From NCBI GenBank assembly GCA_951406725.2, contig OX597831.1, positions 60,202,001 through 60,266,000 of the forward strand: a stretch of 64,000 bases of DNA, read 5' to 3'. This document shows positions 55,525-64,000 of this stretch, piece by piece; the first letter of the stretch is position 1; every line of letters starts with the position of its first letter. The translations under genes and the position numbers were made by a program. The DNA comes from Octopus vulgaris. Its lineage: Eukaryota. The notes under the pieces were generated by a model, which saw only the letters and a list, made by a program, of their open reading frames with translations, was not told where the DNA came from and did no database searches.

Positions 55525-55700
55525 AAGGTGGCAAGCTGGTGGAATCGTTACTTCGACATGAAAATTTTAAAATCTGCCGAGGTCGACTTTGCATTTCATC
55601 ATTACGGGGTCTATAAAATAAGTACAAGTTGAGCATTGGGTTTTGTGTGATCGACTCATCCCCTTCGTCGAAATTGCTGGCCTTGTGCCAAACATTTGAA
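55525..55700 (+). mobile_element. Old Meta-domain SINE
   Basis: aaggtggcaagctggtggaatcgtta..ccgaggtcgactttgcatttcatc..ggggtctataaaataagtac. Confidence 0.65.
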
Positions 55701-56999
55701 CCAATATACTTGCAAGCATGCATAGCAGTGCTACTGTTTGCATTCATAGTTATGTGTACTTACAGTAAAGGTATATACTTCCATGCGTATTATCTTCAGC
55801 TTTCTGTTCGCTGTCTCGAATGGGACGGTAATCTCTACAAATTACTTTGCATGCCTCTATAACATGTCTATCGCTTTATATCTCACACATATGTATACAC
55901 ATATCTATACAGAAGCATGCATATGCATGCATGTATGCAGACTCACACTTATAAATGGATAGATGCATTAGATAAGAAAATGTCAGATAGATAGATCGAT
56001 AGATAGAGAGATAGAGACAGGCGTAGATAGATGGTCATATGATTGACAGATAGACATAAAATTTATAAACAGATATATAGAGATAGTTTTGAAATTGCCG
56101 AGATAACAGATTGTAATCATTTATTGACAAGGTGTATTATAAATAAACATATCAATTTTTAGTTACAACACCTTGTTTGTTTGGTTTTTTACATATGACC
56201 CTATTGAATTCATATTCATACGCGTAATTAGGTAGTTTGAAATTGACCATTATAACTTGCGATAACGAATTGTAGCTTAAAGTTATCATTTCCATTAAAA
56301 TTATCAAATGGAGAATCATAAAATTATTTGAAAAATTCGAACATTTTTCTACTAAATTATACATAAACTTTTTACTAAACACTTTAATATTCTCATTAAT
56401 ATATATTTTTGATACAGTTCACTTTTTTTGTTTCTTGTTTTTGTTCTTTTCTCTTCATACAAGGAAGCAAAAAACCAATTGATAATGTGCTGCATAACGA
56501 ATTTTTATAGCAAGTTATTTTATACACATCATTAAATTATTGAAGCAGCATCAGTCCAGAACATGATTTTTTTTTTCGTGATGGTTTCTTACAGATTTTT
56601 TTTTTTATATTTTGTAAGTCTTAAACTGAAAAATTAATGCTTTCCAAGTTGTATAATGCAGAGCATAATAATTGAAGAATATGTCGAGCATACAATATTC
56701 AGCGTATAAAAATAGATCTTAAAATATGACGTAGGATGAGCACAATTCATGTGCATTTCTTACTTTCTATCTCTCCCCGCTTTCTCCCACTATGTACATG
56801 TGTGTGTGCGGGTGTACTTATACATGTGTATATGTGACTGAAAGTGTTCTTGCGTGTGTCTATTTATCTCTACATTGTAAGCGGGTATATATATATCCTT
56901 GTCTGAAACACGATGTGTTTTTGTTTTCTACAGCTGTCAATATGAGACATATTTAGCAGAATATGTACGTTGTCGCGTAAATAATTGCGTATACTTACA

Positions 57000-58050
57000 T
57001 GCATGAGTATTTAGAATGATATTGCGACTCACTGAACACTTTCTTAAATCCATTTTTTAGCCCGTATGTTTTACTTTATGTAGTAAGATACAGACTGTTT
57101 ATCAGTCATATATTTATAAGTTCCACACAGTTTGTGTCAAATTTATTGGGTAATAGATATTTCTTAGCCTTTAAGATATTGAAAACAAGCAAGGTTTACC
57201 AAGATTTCTTTCAACAACCATTTGACTCAAATTTTTTTTCCATTACTGAACGCAAGCAATTAGTATTTTCAGCCACTTCACCTCTTGTTTGTAAGGTTTC
57301 TTTAGAATCAACAACATAGAGTTGAGCATATCTTCTAGGTGCATTGTTTTTAGGATGTAAGTTGTTTACATGATGATAGACTTGTCTTTGCAAGTGGAAA
57401 CAGTATAGGCCACAACCGGGGGATGATGTAATATTGGCTCCAAATGAGGCGCTTGAATACATTGTATAATAGTTTCTGATGTTCTGTCCAAAGTTCATTC
57501 CTTCAATGTCGGTATTCTCCAAAAGTAGTTTTAACTGGTCAGGATATTCTTGTAGATTCGGGAAGGAGACCTTACCATTATGGCAACAATTAAGTACTTC
57601 CTGCGGAAATCTACGTGCATGACAGTTTGAGCATACTATGTTCATCTCACTAATCGTAAATTGAGAATTTTGTTGTTCTTAATTTATATTCCATCTTCTT
57701 ATTTGAGCTCTGTCTGTCATAAGATAATTATGTGTTTCAGCTTCTTCAATATTTTTCCTTCTTAAACTCAGTTTCTCATATTTTCTAAGTACAGCAGCTT
57801 CTGCTCTTAACTCATGTGTTCTCGATTCTGTTGATCACTATCTCTCTTATTTTGAAAATACACTTCTCTTTGATCCTGGCTGATTTATTTCCCTCCCATC
57901 CCGTAGGATACGCTCCTTCTCCCCTTGACTTATTTCGTTCCGTCTGTGTCTCATCCTCGCATGATTTGTATTCCTTATTTCCGACTGCTGGTCTTCGCGC
58001 AATCGTTCTCTCCTTCTGCGCTGATGGTCACGCACTGCGTCTCACATGTG
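57000..58050 (-). pseudogene. Helitron RepHel N-terminal remnant
   Basis: MNIVCSNCHARRF..NCCHNGKV..FGQNIRNY..ASFGA..YCF.LQ.QVYH..LHP..PRRYAQLYVVD, preceded by an R/E-rich helical region. Confidence 0.85.
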
Positions 58051-58069
58051 ATTATCCATATTTTATTTA

Positions 58070-59980
58070 AACATGTTAAACGTGTTCTTTAAACATGTTT
58101 ACAATAGTATTCTCCGAGAAAAGGATTAGAAATTGTTCTTCGTTGCAGAGCGGACAAAAAAACTTACATTTGTCATATGGGAAGGATCTAGATGGAATAT
58201 CCCATTCCAAATCGAATTGTTTACTGTTTCTTTAGAGACCAGATTGATTTACTAAGCCCAGTATTGTTGCGTTTATGAATATATCTCAATGTAGAGTAAT
58301 GGATCGATATTCTTTTCGATAATTGAGACGATGAGCTATATAAATAAAAAAGACATCAGAACCGGAAGTAACTTTATATTGATAAGCAGAGTTTCTAGTT
58401 TTACAATAACTGTTAAGGAAGCGAATCCGATTCGAATTCATATAAAAAATACTTATATTGTTGTTATTATTGCCCAAATAATTATTAGCGTTAATAAACT
58501 CACTGTTATTATATTCATCAAGTTGATTTGTATCTAACAACTTATTGCTATGGGAAGAGATGATTTGTAAAACGTTTTTCGTGTTTGAAAACCCTATTCT
58601 GATTCGGTGTGAATTGATAATATGATGGTGTCTTGAATTTGGAGGGAAACTCATAACTTTAGTTTCACGAAAGTGGTAAAGGAGGTTGGATTTGATCTGC
58701 TTATCATGTGGAATGATCAGCGAAAGATTTACTATGATACATCTCGTTATTAGGGTAATTAGCTTTGAAAGACCCACACTTATTGTTATTATGCATAAAG
58801 GTATAAAAGGATGGTTAACTCCCTTACGCTGGAAATTACATTTTTCGATTTAGTGTTGTTAATCGACCTAAAATTTATATTGTTATTACCGTTATGACGT
58901 GTTTTCATGTCCTGATTAATAAGGGTAGAATTAATGTCAATAGAGTTAATATAGGTATTTCTTTTTCTTTATAGCCTGCTTTAAGTAAGATAGACTTATA
59001 AAATTCCGGGTTTATCGTTGAAGACACCTACATTAGCAGATAATCTACAAAGTCTCAGTGAAATGTTTCTAGGTTTCTTGCAATACCCTGTGCATAAGTA
59101 CTGAAAGAGCTAATATATTTCAATTTAGTTGTGGGAAATATGTGTCATTATATAAGTTAAGAGTAATAACCAAAAAGTTGGCTTTAGTTATATCATCATC
59201 AAAAATAATGTTCATCCCATGTTTCGGAAAAATTAATCAACCTAAATTTTACCCTTTGTAACTTTCGGTTTAAAATATCTTGAATATTAAGTAGGAAATC
59301 ATCACAATATAAACCTCCATTGATGTTTGGGAATTGGTCAGCCATCTCATAAACGATATACATACCGCCCAAATCAGCCAACTGTGTTAAGTCAGAACTT
59401 CCCGTCGTGAAATCAAAACTTTCAGGCGTATCTTTATAGAGGAATAGCTGATTTTCAAATTTGATGATTGATTTTCTTTCAGCTAACACCTCATTAATTT
59501 CGTCTCGGGTGAGATCTGGTTTTTTGTGTGAAAACCAGAGTGCTTTGTTGAGTACAATCGGGTTAATTGACGAATAGTAATTACAAAAGTCGAACTGAAT
59601 AAACTTAGTGCGCTTCTTCTTATTAATAGAATTAAACCAGTCGCCCGCTTGGAATGAAGTAGACACTAAATTAAGCTTTAACTTTTTAACTAAAGAACGA
59701 ATATATTTATCTAGAATATTTTCGCTAAATACACCGATATCAGAACTAGAAGGACAAATAAATCATAAGGTTTGCTTGTGGTCTTTTAAAATGAAAAGTG
59801 GTTGTTTGGGATCATGAGGTTGAATCTTCATCTCTAAGTCATATTTCTCCATAATTTTCTTGGCCTCAAGGTTGGCTTTCCTGATAGCACTTTTACCAGT
59901 AATCCTGTAAGTATTTTATATTTCTTTCTTGAGAAGTTCTAGATATTAATCTTTGTAACTCTGTTTTTTATTTTCTGTTT
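58070..59980 (-). pseudogene. Decayed Penelope-like element (RT, linker, GIY-YIG, CxLC tail)
   Basis: LICPSSSDIG, WFNSI..KFIQFD..NYYSSI, FDFTTGS.D, GGLYCDD, AYQYKV..IYI, PYDK..CPLCNEE; same type as 7340-7870. Confidence 0.85.
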
Positions 59981-60167
59981 TATCAGATTGAGCCAGTATG
60001 CCATGTTTTACTCCATTTCTGAATTGTAAGTATCTTATCAGTTTTAAAATGTCGAGCAATCTTCAGCGACATATAGAACTTTTCAATTAAACGGACAATG
60101 CACGTTCTTATACTTATTTCATTTGCCAGCATTACAAAGAGAGTCGTGTTAGTATGTTTATTGTATA

Positions 60168-61180
<1,013 letters not shown>

Positions 61181-61439
61181 CACATACACCTACGAATATA
61201 TAATATAATATTATTTAGTGAACACAATATGATTTCATATGCTGCTATTAGTTTCATTCGATACGAATATGCCAAACGTTGTTTTATAATATGTTTTTTG
61301 CCCCAGCACAATCTTCACTCAACGCCCACATGGCATAACGAACTAATAATATGGCGAGAGAAAATGCGATAAAGAAGTGTATAAAACTTGAATCTTAAAA
61401 AAAAACAAAAGAAAAGTGTAATTCAAAGGATAAGGGACA

Positions 61440-61690
61440 AAAGCAAATCTATTAAGTTTGCTTGCTAAGTATGCAGTTTGAAATTGAACACAACACCATA
61501 TGCGATAATGTGGAAAATAATCGAAAATCCACACCATATGTTAACAGATCAAAAATATGCACGCTATGCGTAGCTGAAAGAACTCAGATCCTTTTCAGAT
61601 CTAAGAACTCTATCTCACTGGGGAAGTTTAGATCCGTAATTTTCTGACATTTTAAACATATGCCTAAGTTTCTTTAGCAAATTGAGAAAT
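61440..61690 (+). pseudogene. Penelope-like C-terminal tail remnant
   Basis: IMWKIIE..STPYVNRSKICTLCVAERTQIL..KH..KFL. Confidence 0.65.
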
Positions 61691-62107
61691 ATATTCCCGA
61701 CACATTATATATGTACTATAAGCGCTAAGCCACTCTTCTATGAGTCTTATAAATTTTTGGGAAATAACTGTCATTACTCCTTTGTTTATTCTTCCTGAAT
61801 ACTTTTCCGTTTTCAGGTTTTTTAACCTCCCACTTTTTATATATACTTCCTTATCTTCTTTTCTTGCTTATCCTCTCGCCCCAATTTTACTTCGTTATGC
61901 TATGTGGACAGTACCTGAGTATTGTGCTGCGATAGCAGACATGTTATAAAACGACATTTGGCATATTCCCAGCTCATGACAATAATGTTATTCTCTTTAT
62001 TGAAAGTATTTATCTCTCAAAAGATGGATAACATTTTTGTTGATCTTACCATCATGGTATAATACACTACACACACACATACACACACACACAGAGACAT
62101 ATACACA

Positions 62108-62201
<94 letters not shown>

Positions 62202-62241
62202 TATATATATATACATAAATATATATATACATATACATATA

Positions 62242-62523
<282 letters not shown>

Positions 62524-63672
62524 CACACGCTCTTTGAATTCGGCAGCTGTATCACAGACAATAAATCCGTCCAGTTGATTTAACACCATCTAGCTTTCTA
62601 GCATTACTCTCAATGAGGACATAACTCTAGTTTGTTTTCTTCTTCCTTTTTTCTGTCTTCTTTGAATTTTTTCACCCTTCCACATTTGCATACTCAATTC
62701 TCTGGTATTTTCTTGTAGCATCTCTCGTTCTATTATCCTCATTTTTAATTTGTATATGCCGTGTGCTATGAGCCGGGAGATTGTTTGGGGACACTAGGCG
62801 TGATATTAAAATATCCCTAGACAACACCTCTAATCTATGAGACTATTACTAGGTTATAACTCTATACTGTGTACATTAAGCAATATTTCTATCTTATCTG
62901 ATGGTATATGATTTTGTTGATCTTACTTTCACGGAAAAACGAGATGTCATTTAGAGTTGGCTTTTTATATTCCACAGCCGTATACCGTAAATGGCCAGAA
63001 AATCAAAGTAGTTACGATTTTCTTATTCAATAATGTTAATATGTATTATCAAATATCTGCAACTTCTTCCTTCGCACCTTTGATGTATATTTTCCTTATG
63101 GTATTGGACAGTGTTGTGAATAGTATAACGTGCATAATATAATATTTCAGCATTCGAGTGCAGCTTTAGTTATGAAGGTGAAAGATTGTTCGTAACATGT
63201 CCGAAAGTATTGAAGAAAATAGTTATTGAAATTACTTATATATACTACATTTCTTGCGTTTAATTCTTTTATTTTCAAGAAAAAGTATAATCCAGATTAG
63301 TTATGTGTTTGATTTTTATTTGTTTTTATTAAAGGTAATTTGAAATGAATTCCTTTGGCTGGCCTATTATGATCAAAATATTTTATTCCTGCCTTCTTAT
63401 ATTTTCTAATAATTTTCAACTCACGAAAATTTTATTTGTTCAATCTTTGATTCTTACCACATGTGGAATTGCCAGAACAATTTTGATGATTTCTCCTTAT
63501 AACAAAAGCCTTGAGAAAGAGAGAAAGCGAGAATTATCGGCCTCAATATATACCAAAACGCTATTTTTGCCTCAAGGAAGTTGAATATTGAATATAAGTA
63601 TATATTTTGGTCTTTGCCAAACTTTGAAACCAATACACGGATATATAAGTATGATTATATTTGTAATAATGT

Positions 63673-63757
<85 letters not shown>

Positions 63758-63844
63758 TTTTCTGAATCGTTAGATTTTTCAATATGGTAGGCCACTGATA
63801 TTAATCAAATTAATATTCAATTTTTCACCCCTGATATTTAAATT

Positions 63845-63890
<46 letters not shown>

Positions 63891-64000
63891 ACGTATATGT
63901 ATATATATATTTATGCATATAAATACATTATATATATATATATATATCGATATTCATAATTTGATATACATACATACATATACAAGTGTTGGACAAAATA

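Overview
Eukaryotic, very AT-rich, repeat-dominated DNA with no convincing host gene. The (TA)n/(CA)n density and the SINE families suggest a coleoid cephalopod such as Octopus (inference). Most ORF-track entries are microsatellite artefacts. Real coding remnants all belong to transposable elements: a near full-length GC-rich RTE LINE (23.8-27.5 kb), five Penelope-like (PLE) fragments, and mariner, piggyBac and Helitron remnants. Two things stand out. (1) A 1.7-kb ORF1-only (RRM-like + CCHC) retroelement at 38887-40597 sits inside a tRNA/Meta-domain SINE, has a 17-bp TSD, and shares its ~40-nt 3' tail with that SINE family. (2) About ten type-I hammerhead ribozyme motifs lie in PLE terminal repeats and foldback elements. 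These include an ~800-bp near-perfect palindrome with a hammerhead on each strand, and several copies with recurrent non-canonical cores. All calls were made by eye; boundaries of degraded elements are approximate.
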